From positions 1 through 22,754 of the forward strand of contig JBKBIN010000020.1 of assembly GCA_046296715.1 (NCBI GenBank): 22,754 nt of DNA. The letters are read 5' to 3'. This DNA comes from Candidatus Ratteibacteria bacterium (GTDB lineage: Bacteria > Ratteibacteria > UBA8468 > B48-G9 > JAFGKM01). Shown here in pieces: positions 8,084 to 20,796 of the stretch; the first letter of the stretch is position 1, and each line of letters opens with the position of its first letter. Both the position numbers and the translations under genes were made by a program. The notes below the pieces were generated by a model. The model made no database searches, had not been told where the DNA came from, and worked only from the letters and a program-made list of their open reading frames with translations.

Positions 8084-8971
8084 AGATGGAAGTAGAAGTT
8101 TTTGGCCAGGATAGATAATATCTGATTTTAAATTATTCAATTTCTTTATTTCATTCACAGAAGTATTATATTTTTTTGCAATTAATGATAAATGTTCTCC
8201 TTTCTGCACTATATGATATCTTTCTTTCCCTGTTTTTAGTATAGATTTTGCAGTTTCAGATGTCGGTTCTATTCTCTGCTCTGAAATTTGCATTTTCAGT
8301 TGGTGAATCTCACTTTCATGTCTTATCAATTCTTCTAAAAATGTTTTTGTAACTTCATTAATTTTTTTATCCAATTGATTTATTCTTTCATCTATCTGAT
8401 CAATCTTCTTTGGGAAATCCTGTAATGTTGCTGCAATCTTAATCTGTGAATCTCTTAAATTTAGTATATCTGTTTTAATATTTGATTGATTTTCTATTAA
8501 ACTTTGATACAAATTGGCTGTCTTTGAAGATAGGTCATTATAAATCAATTTCACACCTTCTATATCTTTTTTTATTCCTTCAATATCCTTTTTTAACTCA
8601 ATATTTTTTTCAATAAACTCCTCACTCAATTTTTTTATTTTCTCAGAATATTCAAAATTGCTTTCGTCTATTTTGCCTTTTGCACTTTTAATTTCATCTT
8701 TTAAATTACTTATTTCATTGGTTAAAATTATTATTTTATCATTAATTTCATCTGTGTTTTTCTTAATTTTTTCGTCACTCTGCTTATAATCGGTTTCTAT
8801 TTTATTAAATTTTTCACCTATTTGTTTTACAGTTGCATAAAAATCATTTTCTAAATTATTTATTTTCTCCTTAATTGCATCTATATCATCTTTTGTAGCA
8901 ATATCTGCACAATTATTAAAAATTAAAACAACCCCACCTAATAAAATTGTTGTAAGGATTTTTTTTCTCAT
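8069..8971 (-). CDS. Coiled-coil putative lipoprotein with C-terminal LysM domain
   Basis: Signal peptide ending FNNC, long heptad region, LysM 'YHIVQKGEHLSLIAKKYNTSVNEIKKLNNLKSDIIYPGQKLLLP', 4-nt overlap with pal. Confidence 0.85.
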   Translation of the reverse strand: MRKKILTTILLGGVVLIFNNCADIATKDDIDAIKEKINNLENDFYATVKQIGEKFNKIETDYKQSDEKIKKNTDEINDKIIILTNEISNLKDEIKSAKGKIDESNFEYSEKIKKLSEEFIEKNIELKKDIEGIKKDIEGVKLIYNDLSSKTANLYQSLIENQSNIKTDILNLRDSQIKIAATLQDFPKKIDQIDERINQLDKKINEVTKTFLEELIRHESEIHQLKMQISEQRIEPTSETAKSILKTGKERYHIVQKGEHLSLIAKKYNTSVNEIKKLNNLKSDIIYPGQKLLLPSTPTR

Positions 8972-9621
8972 TTTTTCACTTCTATTTTAAATTCGCATCT
9001 TCTATTTTTTGCCCATGCCTCTTCGTTGCTTCCTATAACTGCTGGCATATCTTCTCCATAACTAACAGTATATAACCTTTTTGGAGAAACACCCATAACA
9101 ATAAGAAACCTTCTTGCACTTAATGCCCTCTGTTCTCCAAGGACAAGATTGTATTCTCTCGTTCCTCTTTCATCACAATGACCTTCAATTAAAATTTTAA
9201 CATCCTGATTTTTTAATAGATATTCTCCAATTTTTTTAAGTGTTTTTGCTGCATCCTCTCTTATATCATATTTATCAAAATCAAAGTAAATATTCTGGAA
9301 TATTTCTTTCAATTCTTCACTTATTTCTTCTGGTTTTACAAATTTTGCTTCAAGAGGTATAGGAGTGATTGGAATTTCTTCTCCTTTAATAACTTTTTTG
9401 ATTTCTTCTGGAGTTGCTTTCCCTTCTTCTGTCGGAACTTTTGTTTCTTCTGGTGTCTTTACTTCTTCTGGAGTTTTTGTTTCTTCTGGTTTAAGGATAC
9501 TTACAAGTTCTGGTTTTTTCTCTTTTTCCTCAACAACTTCCTTTTTTATCTTTTTTGGACAGACACAACCAACTAAACTAACTAATATAAACCCTACAAT
9601 CATATAATTCATCTTCTTCAT
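8968..9621 (-). CDS. pal: Peptidoglycan-associated lipoprotein (OmpA_C-like)
   Basis: Lipobox LVGC, IYFDFDKY, IEGHCDERGTREYNLVLGEQRA, SYGE, NRR. Start reassigned to 9621 (MKKMNY) after a GGGGGG SD. Confidence 0.92.
   Translation of the reverse strand: MKKMNYMIVGFILVSLVGCVCPKKIKKEVVEEKEKKPELVSILKPEETKTPEEVKTPEETKVPTEEGKATPEEIKKVIKGEEIPITPIPLEAKFVKPEEISEELKEIFQNIYFDFDKYDIREDAAKTLKKIGEYLLKNQDVKILIEGHCDERGTREYNLVLGEQRALSARRFLIVMGVSPKRLYTVSYGEDMPAVIGSNEEAWAKNRRCEFKIEVKK
9439..9492. repeat. Three degenerate 18-nt tandem repeats encoding the (K/T)PEE(T/V)K linker of Pal
   Basis: ttttgtttcttctggtgt / ctttacttcttctggagt / ttttgtttcttctggttt. Confidence 0.75.
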
Positions 9622-9643
9622 ATAACACCCCCCATTTTTTCTA

Positions 9644-9671
9644 ATTTTACACTTTTTTTTTCTAATGTCAA
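9644..9671 (-). promoter_or_regulatory. sigma70-type promoter for pal-LysM
   Basis: TTGACA (9671-9666) - 16 nt including an A9 run - TAAAAT (9649-9644). Confidence 0.55.
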
Positions 9672-9677
9672 ACAATT

Positions 9678-10328
9678 TTATAAATCTCCAACTGCCCATA
9701 ATAAACCTCTTTTAATAATCTCTTTTGCTTCAGGAACTTCAAAATCTTCTTTCTGATGACCAAATGAAGCATAAAAAACTTTTCCTTTCCCATAAACTCT
9801 TTTCCAGACAGACGGCATAATAGTTCCATTAATCCATGGTAAATCAGTATTTTTAAAAGTAGTTGTTGCAAGTACTTCGTTTGAAGGATCTACATGCATG
9901 TAATATTGCTCTGATTTCAATTTAAAATCAGAGATACCTTTTACAATTGGATCATCTTTTTTAACTATATTTATTTCATATTCAACTATACCACCTGGAT
10001 GAGCAACAAATTGTCCACCAACAATAAATTGATAAGAAGTATTTTCTCTAAAAGCATCTCCCATACCTCCATGCCATCCAGCAAGTCCAACTCCTGAACT
10101 AATAAGTTGCTCTAAATTTTTAAATTGTTCTGAAGTTATCTTACCCATTGTCCAGTTTATCACAATTAAATTTGCTGAACCAATTTTATCTATGTCAAGA
10201 AAGATGTCAAGTGTATTATAGATTTCAATATTATATCCTTCTTTTCTCATTATTTCTCCAAAGATTTCTGTTGTTTCTTTTGGCTGATGACCTTCCCATC
10301 CACCCCAGACAAATATAATTTTTTTCAT
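9678..10328 (-). CDS. ThuA-like domain protein
   Basis: VWGGWEGH, GLAGWHGG, GGQFVAHP, SEQYY, YGKGKVFYASFGH. Confidence 0.82.
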   Translation of the reverse strand: MKKIIFVWGGWEGHQPKETTEIFGEIMRKEGYNIEIYNTLDIFLDIDKIGSANLIVINWTMGKITSEQFKNLEQLISSGVGLAGWHGGMGDAFRENTSYQFIVGGQFVAHPGGIVEYEINIVKKDDPIVKGISDFKLKSEQYYMHVDPSNEVLATTTFKNTDLPWINGTIMPSVWKRVYGKGKVFYASFGHQKEDFEVPEAKEIIKRGLLWAVGDL

Positions 10329-10337
10329 CGCTTCCTC

Positions 10338-11498
10338 CTAAATTTTAAAATTTAAAATTAGATTACTTAAATATTTAACTGCAAATGGCAAAACTCTTTC
10401 ATCAAGATTAAATTTACTACTGTGGTGCACTCCACTCTTTTTTCCACAACCAATAAAGATATAAGATGAAGGGCAAATTTCACTATAAAATGCAAAATCC
10501 TCTCCTCCCATGATAGGATGATATTTATAAAAATACTTTGGAGGCAAAATTTCTTTACTTAACTTTTCAATCGCTTCAGTCAATTTAGAGTCATTCTTAA
10601 CAGATGGAGAATAACAGTCATAGAGAAATTTAATTTTACACTTAAATGACAAAGCAACTTTTCCACAAATATTTTTCATTTCATTTTTAATTTTCTTCCT
10701 TATCTTTTCAGAAAGCGTTCTTACAGTTCCTTCTATTTCAACTCTTTCAGGGATTATGTTAAATGCATCTCCACCTTTTATTTTACAAACAGAAATTACT
10801 GCTGGTTCATAAGGACTAATTCTTCTACTTATAATTGTCTGTAAACTTGATATCATGTATGAAGAACAAACAATAGGATCATTTGTTAAATCAGGAGTGC
10901 TTCCATGTCCTCCTTTTCCTTCAATTATTATTTTAAATTTATCTGTATTTGCCATTATTGCACCTTTTTCAATATAAATTTTATTAAGCGGTATATCTGA
11001 TATAAAATGAAAACCAATCAAAAAATTCACATCATCTAAAACTTTCTCTTTTATCAACTCACTTGCACCACCAGGTGGCTTTTCTTCACATGGTTGAAAA
11101 ATAAGTTTTATATTATAATTGAGTGAATTTTTAAATTTATTTAAAATTAATCCAACTCCAAGAAGTGCAGCAATATGTCCATCATGACCACAAGCATGCA
11201 TTATTCCTTTATTTTTTGAGCAAAACTCAAGTCCTGTCTGTTCTTCAATTGGTAAAGCATCTATATCCGCTCTTATCCCAATTGTTTTTGAAGAATTTTT
11301 ATTTATATATCCGATAACCCCTGTTTTTGCTTTAATTTCATATTTTATCCCAATATCTTTTAAAATCTCCTGTATTTTTTCTGAAGTTTTATATTCTTCA
11401 AATCCAAGTTCAGGATACATATGAAAATATCTTCTCCAATTGATAATATCTTTTTCAATTTTTTCTACTTCTTTCTCCAGTAAATTATGTTTTTTCAT
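10338..11498 (-). CDS. M20 family amidohydrolase (ACY1-like)
   Basis: HMYPELGFEE, RADIDALP, MHACGHD, FQPCEE, GKGGHG, GEDF, HH. Confidence 0.9.
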   Translation of the reverse strand: MKKHNLLEKEVEKIEKDIINWRRYFHMYPELGFEEYKTSEKIQEILKDIGIKYEIKAKTGVIGYINKNSSKTIGIRADIDALPIEEQTGLEFCSKNKGIMHACGHDGHIAALLGVGLILNKFKNSLNYNIKLIFQPCEEKPPGGASELIKEKVLDDVNFLIGFHFISDIPLNKIYIEKGAIMANTDKFKIIIEGKGGHGSTPDLTNDPIVCSSYMISSLQTIISRRISPYEPAVISVCKIKGGDAFNIIPERVEIEGTVRTLSEKIRKKIKNEMKNICGKVALSFKCKIKFLYDCYSPSVKNDSKLTEAIEKLSKEILPPKYFYKYHPIMGGEDFAFYSEICPSSYIFIGCGKKSGVHHSSKFNLDERVLPFAVKYLSNLILNFKI

Positions 11499-12520
11499 TC
11501 TCTTTTTACAAAAATTAATTCAATCCTTTCCTGCTCAAATCTTGTATTTATCTGTTCAATCATTTTATCAATAACTTCCATCTCGTCTTTGTAATTAATA
11601 CTGAAACAAAATAAAAAAATTGTTTGAGTAGTTGAATATTCAGTTAAATAAACTTCACAACTATCCTTTATAATTTGCAGATTATTTTTGCATATTTCAA
11701 ATAGTATTTCTTTTATTTTCTCTTTATCTTTCAAATTCTGAATCCCAATTTTCAATCTAACTTTTATATTTGTATCCGGAAAACCAAAATTTACAATTCT
11801 TGTTTTAGCAATTTCAGAATTTGAGACAATTACAACATTATTTTCAGGGGATAAAATCTTAGTCCTCCTCATTCCTATTTCTATAACCTCTCCAATTTCT
11901 CCTGTAGAAAGTTTAATTCTATCTCCTATTTTAAATGGTTTATCAATTATTATAAAAAATCCTGAAATCATATTTGAAAGTGTATCTTGTGCAGCAAAAG
12001 CAATAGCAAAAGAAGCAATACCTGCTGCTCCAAGAATACTTGTTATTGGTTGGTTAAATTTATTAAGAATTATTGTGCCTGCGATAAAAAGTATAATTAT
12101 TCTTGAAACTCTTTTAAATAACATCATAAACTCTTCATCAACTTTTGTTTTTGTCTTTTTTGCTATTTCTTCAAGGTACCACTCAACAAACCCATCAACT
12201 ATGCCACTTATTACAAAAGCAATAGAAAGAACTATAAAAGAATAAATAATCTTAGGTAAATTAGAAAGAAATTTTGTAAGTGGTAAATTTTCAGTTTTTA
12301 TAAAAAGAGATGTCCTTTCCCATAAAATACTTATTCCAGAAAAAAAAACAAAAAAGACAATTCCGTTTCTTGTTCTTCTTAAAATTTTTGTATCAAGTTC
12401 TCTATCTTTTAGAAATTTTTTTGGGATAACTTCTAAAAACCATTTAACAAAAAGACAAATAAAAATTATTATCAGAAAATAAATAAGTGTTAAAAGATTA
12501 TTTCTAAATGTTTCAGCCAT
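11495..12520 (-). CDS. Small-conductance mechanosensitive channel (MscS family)
   Basis: AIAFAAQDTLSNMISGFFIIIDKPFKIGDRI, IGMRRT, N-terminal TM segments. Confidence 0.9.
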   Translation of the reverse strand: MAETFRNNLLTLIYFLIIIFICLFVKWFLEVIPKKFLKDRELDTKILRRTRNGIVFFVFFSGISILWERTSLFIKTENLPLTKFLSNLPKIIYSFIVLSIAFVISGIVDGFVEWYLEEIAKKTKTKVDEEFMMLFKRVSRIIILFIAGTIILNKFNQPITSILGAAGIASFAIAFAAQDTLSNMISGFFIIIDKPFKIGDRIKLSTGEIGEVIEIGMRRTKILSPENNVVIVSNSEIAKTRIVNFGFPDTNIKVRLKIGIQNLKDKEKIKEILFEICKNNLQIIKDSCEVYLTEYSTTQTIFLFCFSINYKDEMEVIDKMIEQINTRFEQERIELIFVKRE

Positions 12521-15994
<3,474 letters not shown>

Positions 15995-16003
15995 AAGTAA
16001 AAA

Positions 16004-16032
16004 ATAATATACTAAACCTTTTTAATTTTCAA
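16004..16032 (-). promoter_or_regulatory. sigma70-type promoter of the HAD gene
   Basis: TTGAAA (16032-16027) - 17 nt - TATTAT (16009-16004), 9 nt before the ATG. Confidence 0.45.
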
Positions 16033-16059
16033 ATGTCTAAATTAAAAAAAGGAGAAAAA

Positions 16060-16497
16060 ATGAAGAAAATTTTTATTCTGCTCGTTTTAATAACCATAAT
16101 AGTTTTATCTAATCTTGAAGCACAAACTCAAAAACAAAATTTACCACCTAAAAGAGAAGAGATTGAAAAACTGCTAAAAGAAAAAAGGGAAAGAATTGAA
16201 AAATTAATTGAAGAAAAATCTATTATAAAAGAAAAACTTAAAGAGATACTTGAAACTCAAAAAAGAATGAAAGAAATTGAAAGACAGGAAATAGAAAAAG
16301 ACCCAGAACTTAAAAATCTACATATTCAGATAATGACATTAAGAATGCAGTTAATGCAAAAGATTCAAGAAAAACTGAAGGATGATCAAGAATACCAAAG
16401 ATTGAAAGCAAGGATGAAAGAGATTGATGAAAAAATAAAAAAGATGAGAGAAGAATTAGAGAAAAATATAGAAAAGAAAGGAGGTGAAAAGATATGA
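16060..16497 (+). CDS. Hypothetical exported coiled-coil protein (paralog A)
   Basis: SD AAAGGAG before ATG 16060, signal peptide MKKIFILL...LEA, K/E-rich helices. Confidence 0.75.
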   Translation: MKKIFILLVLITIIVLSNLEAQTQKQNLPPKREEIEKLLKEKRERIEKLIEEKSIIKEKLKEILETQKRMKEIERQEIEKDPELKNLHIQIMTLRMQLMQKIQEKLKDDQEYQRLKARMKEIDEKIKKMREELEKNIEKKGGEKI

Positions 16498-16889
16498 AAA
16501 GATTAATTGTTTCTGTTTTAATTGGTTGTTTGTTCTTGGGACTTACATATGTTAATGCACAAGAAAGAAGAGAAAGACCACAGATTCCACCACAGTTTCA
16601 AGGAGAAAGAAGAGAAGGTGCTTTTGGAGAAGCATTTGAAATAAGAAAAAAAATGAGAGAGATAGAAATACAGACAATACAGGCAGATCCAGAATTAAAA
16701 AGATTGGATGAGCAGATTAAACAACTTCAAAAACAGTTTGAAGAAAAACTTCAGCAAAAATTAAGTTCAAACCAAGAGTATCAAGAATTAAAGAAAAAAC
16801 AGGAAGAAATGCAAAAGCAGTGGAGAGAAAGAGCTGAAGAAATGAAAGAAAGGATAAAAGAAAAAGTTGAAGAACAAAAGAAAAAATAA
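16494..16889 (+). CDS. Hypothetical exported coiled-coil protein (paralog B)
   Basis: SD AAGGAGGTGA, signal peptide ending VNA, shares DPELK...QEYQ with paralog A. Confidence 0.8.
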   Translation: MKRLIVSVLIGCLFLGLTYVNAQERRERPQIPPQFQGERREGAFGEAFEIRKKMREIEIQTIQADPELKRLDEQIKQLQKQFEEKLQQKLSSNQEYQELKKKQEEMQKQWRERAEEMKERIKEKVEEQKKK

Positions 16890-16898
16890 TTCTTTTAC

Positions 16899-16942
16899 AA
16901 AGGGGCTACTTAAAAAGTAGCCCCTTTTATTTTTTTTATTTT
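16899..16942 (+). terminator. Intrinsic terminator
   Basis: AAAGGGGCTACTT-aaa-AAGTAGCCCCTTT followed by a long T-rich tract, just after the stop at 16889. Confidence 0.88.
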
Positions 16943-16958
16943 ATGTTATCATTTTTAT

Positions 16959-17819
16959 ATGACTGGAATTGATTTTATTGTTTTAATTATTTTTGGTAGT
17001 GGTATTCTGACAGGAATTTTAAGAGGTTTTATTGGTGGAATAATAGATATAATTGGAATTTGTGGAGGTGTTTCACTTGCTTCAATTGCTTATAAAGCAC
17101 CTGTTAATTTATTTAGAAGATTTAATATAATTGGCACTCCTGTTGATATTCTTTTTTTTCATCTTTTCTCTTTTCTTTTTATTCTTTCAATAATAGTTGG
17201 TATAGAGGTTTTGAGAAGAAAAGTTTATATAAAACACATCGTTGATAGAATTTTTGGATTTTTTACTGGAATAATTGAAGGCATGTTTTTTTCTGCATTT
17301 CTTTTAAATATTATGAGTGCTTCACCAAATGCTGCTAAAGAAATTGACCAAGCAAAATTTACAAAATACATAACAAGATTTGTTCCGGGTATTTACTTGA
17401 AAAGTGATAAAATTGGCATAACATTACCAAAATTGATTGCTCTTCCTAAAAATTATCAGGATGAATTTAATAGAGAAAAACTAACAATTTCTTTCCAAAA
17501 AACTAATTTCTATAAAATGAAAGGTACCTGTATAAAATGTGGAGGAGAAGTTGAATTTTCTGGATATTTTTTAAAAGCAGGAACAAGTATAATGCCAAAA
17601 TTTACTTGTAAAAATTGTGGAAGAACCTCTGATGGATGTCAAACATTTGAAATTTTTCATTTTTTATATAATCAATGTCCTGTTGAATTAGCAAAAAAAG
17701 GAATAAAATTTGATTGTGGAAACTTTCCTAATAGAGAATTGGTTATGCCAAAAACTCAATGCCCAATAGACAAAAACCAATTACAGATTTGGGAATGGCA
17801 ACCACCTGTAAAATATTAA
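16959..17819 (+). CDS. CvpA (colicin V production)-family membrane protein with Cys-rich C-terminal domain
   Basis: 'IDFIVLII...GILRGFI' and 'DRIFGFFTGIIEG' CvpA-like TM region, C-terminus with CIKC, CKNC and four more Cys. Confidence 0.75.
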   Translation: MTGIDFIVLIIFGSGILTGILRGFIGGIIDIIGICGGVSLASIAYKAPVNLFRRFNIIGTPVDILFFHLFSFLFILSIIVGIEVLRRKVYIKHIVDRIFGFFTGIIEGMFFSAFLLNIMSASPNAAKEIDQAKFTKYITRFVPGIYLKSDKIGITLPKLIALPKNYQDEFNREKLTISFQKTNFYKMKGTCIKCGGEVEFSGYFLKAGTSIMPKFTCKNCGRTSDGCQTFEIFHFLYNQCPVELAKKGIKFDCGNFPNRELVMPKTQCPIDKNQLQIWEWQPPVKY

Positions 17820-19201
17820 GAATTTTGTTTAAGATACTCAATTATTGATTTTGCTGCCTTTTTGCCCATACCCATTGCACTTATAACAGTTGCTGCTCCA
17901 GTTGCAATATCTCCTCCTGCATATATACCTTTAATATTTGTTTCACAGGTTTCTGGATTTACAATTATATTACCATGTCTACCTGTTTTTAATTCAGGAT
18001 ATGTTTGAGTAATTAAAGGACTTGGTGATTGACCTATTGCAACAATAACAGTATCAAATGGAATAACTTCTTCACTCCCTTCAATCGGAACTGGTTTTCT
18101 CCTTCCAGATTCATCTGGTTCACCAAGTTTATTATGAATTACCTTTACAAATTTAACATATCCTTTTTCATCTCCTATTATCTCAAGTGGTTGAACAAGA
18201 AAAATAAATTTAATACCTTCTTCTAAGGCATTTTCATATTCTTCTTTTCTTGCTGGCATTTCTTTTTCAGTCCTTCTATATAAAACAACTACTTCTTTTG
18301 CTCCAAGCCGTAAAGCACTTCTTGCTGAATCCATTGCTACATTTCCTCCACCAATAACTGCAACTTTCTCACCAACAGAAACTGGTGTATCATATTCAGG
18401 AAATAGGTATCCTTTCATTAAATTTACTCTTGTCAAAAATTCATTTGCAGAATAGACCCTCAATAAATTTTCCCCTGGTATACCAAGAAAATTAGGAAGG
18501 CCTGCTCCTGTTCCTATGAAAATTGCTTTATATCCAATTTCAAACAATTCTTCTATTGTCAATGTTTTTCCAATAATTACATTCGTTTTTATTTCAACTC
18601 CAAAAGTTAAAAGTTGATTTATTTCTTTTTCTACAATTTTTTTAGGAAGACGAAATTCTGGAATTCCATATATTAAAACTCCTCCTGGTTTATGCAGTGC
18701 TTCAAAAATTGTAACTCTAATTCCACATCTTGCAAGTTCAGATGCACATGCCAGCCCAGCAGGACCGGAACCAATTACTGCAACCTTTGTATTTTTCATA
18801 TTATGATCCTTATTAATCTGACAAGACAATCTAAAATCAGCATAATCAGCAGCAAATCTTTCAAGTTTACCAATTGCAACTGGTTCAAATTTTTTCCCAA
18901 GAGTGCATAACTGTTCACACTGTGTCTCTTGAGGACAAACTCTTCCACAGATTGCAGGTAAAAGATTTTTTTCATAAATAATCTCAAGTGCTTTCTGAAA
19001 ATTTCCATCTCTAATTTCTTTTATAAATCTTGGAATATCAATCTCTACAGGACATCCTTTAACGCAAGGTGCTTTTTTACATTGTAAGCATCTTGATGCT
19101 TCTTCAATTGCCTGTTTTTCATTATAACCATATGAAACTTCATTAAAATTTTTAATTCTCTCTAAAACAGGTTGTTTTTCATCTTTCACTCTTTTTTTCA
19201 T
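17816..19201 (-). CDS. Glutamate synthase small-chain-like Fe-S flavoprotein (homotetrameric GltA / SudA / NfnB type)
   Basis: RCLQCKKAPCVKGCP, ICGRVCPQETQCE, GSGPAG, YGIPEFRLP, GGGNVAMD, AGGDIATGAATV. Confidence 0.9.
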   Translation of the reverse strand: MKKRVKDEKQPVLERIKNFNEVSYGYNEKQAIEEASRCLQCKKAPCVKGCPVEIDIPRFIKEIRDGNFQKALEIIYEKNLLPAICGRVCPQETQCEQLCTLGKKFEPVAIGKLERFAADYADFRLSCQINKDHNMKNTKVAVIGSGPAGLACASELARCGIRVTIFEALHKPGGVLIYGIPEFRLPKKIVEKEINQLLTFGVEIKTNVIIGKTLTIEELFEIGYKAIFIGTGAGLPNFLGIPGENLLRVYSANEFLTRVNLMKGYLFPEYDTPVSVGEKVAVIGGGNVAMDSARSALRLGAKEVVVLYRRTEKEMPARKEEYENALEEGIKFIFLVQPLEIIGDEKGYVKFVKVIHNKLGEPDESGRRKPVPIEGSEEVIPFDTVIVAIGQSPSPLITQTYPELKTGRHGNIIVNPETCETNIKGIYAGGDIATGAATVISAMGMGKKAAKSIIEYLKQNS

Positions 19202-20796
19202 TTTATTGTCACTCCTTTTTTACTCACAATTATATGTTTTTTCCAGTTTTTATCATCTATCTGAGGATAATCTTTTCTAAAATGAGTTCCTCTTGATTCC
19301 TTTCTTATAAGCGCAGATTCTGTGATTAAACTTGCAACAATTAACATATTTAAACTTTCAAATCCATTTCTATCATTAAATTCTTTCAAAAATGCATATT
19401 TTTGCCATTCTTTAAACTTTTCAAGAGCATATTTCAACATTTCTTCATCTCTTTCTATTCCAACATTTCTCCACATTAAACTTCTTATTGACCTTTTTAA
19501 ATCATCCTTATCTATTAAAACATCTGCTTTTTTTGGAAAAGTATATTTATAATCCGATTTAAAAATTTCAAATTTTTCTTCTTTTATTTTAATTGAAACC
19601 CTTTTCCCAAAAACAAGACATTCTAAAAGCGAATTGCTTGCAAGACGATTTGCTCCATGAATACCAACACATGCACATTCTCCACAAGCAAAAAGATTTT
19701 CAATGTTAGTTTTCCCCCAGATATCTGTTTTTATTCCACCTATAAAAAAATGTGCAGATGGTCTTACAGGTATTAAATCCTTACTTGGTTCTACACCATA
19801 TTTTTTGCAGAAATTATAAATTTGAGGAAACCTTTCTTTTATATATTCTTTCTTCAAATGTGTTAAGTCAAGATAAACACAGTTGGAATTTGTTTTTTTC
19901 ATCTGGTCAATTATTGCTCTTGAAACAATATCTCTTGGTGCAAGTTCACCTGAAGGATGATAATCTAACATAAATCTTTCCTTATTCACATTTCTTAAAA
20001 TTCCACCTTCTCCCCTAACACTTTCTGATATCAAAAATCTTGGTGCACCAGCCATATAAAAAGTCGTTGGATGAAACTGATAAAACTCAAGATCTGTAAG
20101 TTCAACATTTTTCCTATAAGCAATTGCAATACCATCTCCAGTTATATAAGAAGGATTTGTCGTCTCTTGAAAAACCATACCTGCACCACCAGTTGACAAT
20201 ACATATGCCTTTGCTTGAATTAAAACAATCTTATTTCTACTTTCATCAAGAACAATAGCACCTATAACTTTATTTTCTTGCACAATTAAATCAATGAGAA
20301 AAGTATTAGAAAAAATTTTAATATTCGGGGAATTTTTTATAAGATTATAAAAGAAAGTGGTTATACTTTGACCTGTTGCATCTCCATTTGCATGTAGAAT
20401 CCTATTTTTTGAATGCCCTCCCTCTTTTGTGAAATGAAATTTATCTTTTTCTTTATCAAACTTAAAACCAAGAGAAATAACCTCCTTAATCCTATCAATC
20501 CCTTCATTAACAAGTATATCAACTGCTTTTTCATCATTAAAATAGTATCCGGTTTTTAAAGTATCTTGTTTATGAATTTCAGGACTATCATCTTCATTAA
20601 GTGCAACAGCAATACCACCTTGAGCATAATAACTACACGATTCTTCAAAACCATTTTTAAAAAGAATTAGTGTTTTAAAATCTTTCAATTGGTAAGCAAC
20701 AAAAAGCCCACTTAATCCACCTCCAACAATTAGAAAATCAACCTCAATTTTTTCAAGCGCCTTTGTATTAAAACTAATCAAATATTCAGGTATCAT
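19198..20796 (-). CDS. nadB: L-aspartate oxidase
   Basis: AQGGIA, EGGHS, QFHPT, LISESVRGEG, ELAPRDIV, HGANRLASNSLLE, ESRGTHFR. Confidence 0.93.
   Translation of the reverse strand: MIPEYLISFNTKALEKIEVDFLIVGGGLSGLFVAYQLKDFKTLILFKNGFEESCSYYAQGGIAVALNEDDSPEIHKQDTLKTGYYFNDEKAVDILVNEGIDRIKEVISLGFKFDKEKDKFHFTKEGGHSKNRILHANGDATGQSITTFFYNLIKNSPNIKIFSNTFLIDLIVQENKVIGAIVLDESRNKIVLIQAKAYVLSTGGAGMVFQETTNPSYITGDGIAIAYRKNVELTDLEFYQFHPTTFYMAGAPRFLISESVRGEGGILRNVNKERFMLDYHPSGELAPRDIVSRAIIDQMKKTNSNCVYLDLTHLKKEYIKERFPQIYNFCKKYGVEPSKDLIPVRPSAHFFIGGIKTDIWGKTNIENLFACGECACVGIHGANRLASNSLLECLVFGKRVSIKIKEEKFEIFKSDYKYTFPKKADVLIDKDDLKRSIRSLMWRNVGIERDEEMLKYALEKFKEWQKYAFLKEFNDRNGFESLNMLIVASLITESALIRKESRGTHFRKDYPQIDDKNWKKHIIVSKKGVTIK

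Noticed and set aside
9622..9699. N-terminal extension of the Pal ORF
   Set aside because: It overlaps thuA-like and the predicted promoter. The lipoprotein signal starts at 9621.
11068..11078. CCACCAGGTGG palindrome resembling the repeat core
   Set aside because: It lies inside M20 codons (PPGG), has a different centre and lacks the conserved flanks.
16033..16059. Upstream start for paralog A
   Set aside because: This stretch contains the SD for ATG 16060, where the signal peptide begins.
19170..19190. Possible compensating indels in the NfnB-like N-terminus (VKDEKQP versus an expected VKMxxQP)
   Set aside because: The frame is intact, and this cannot be distinguished from ordinary divergence without reads or homologs.
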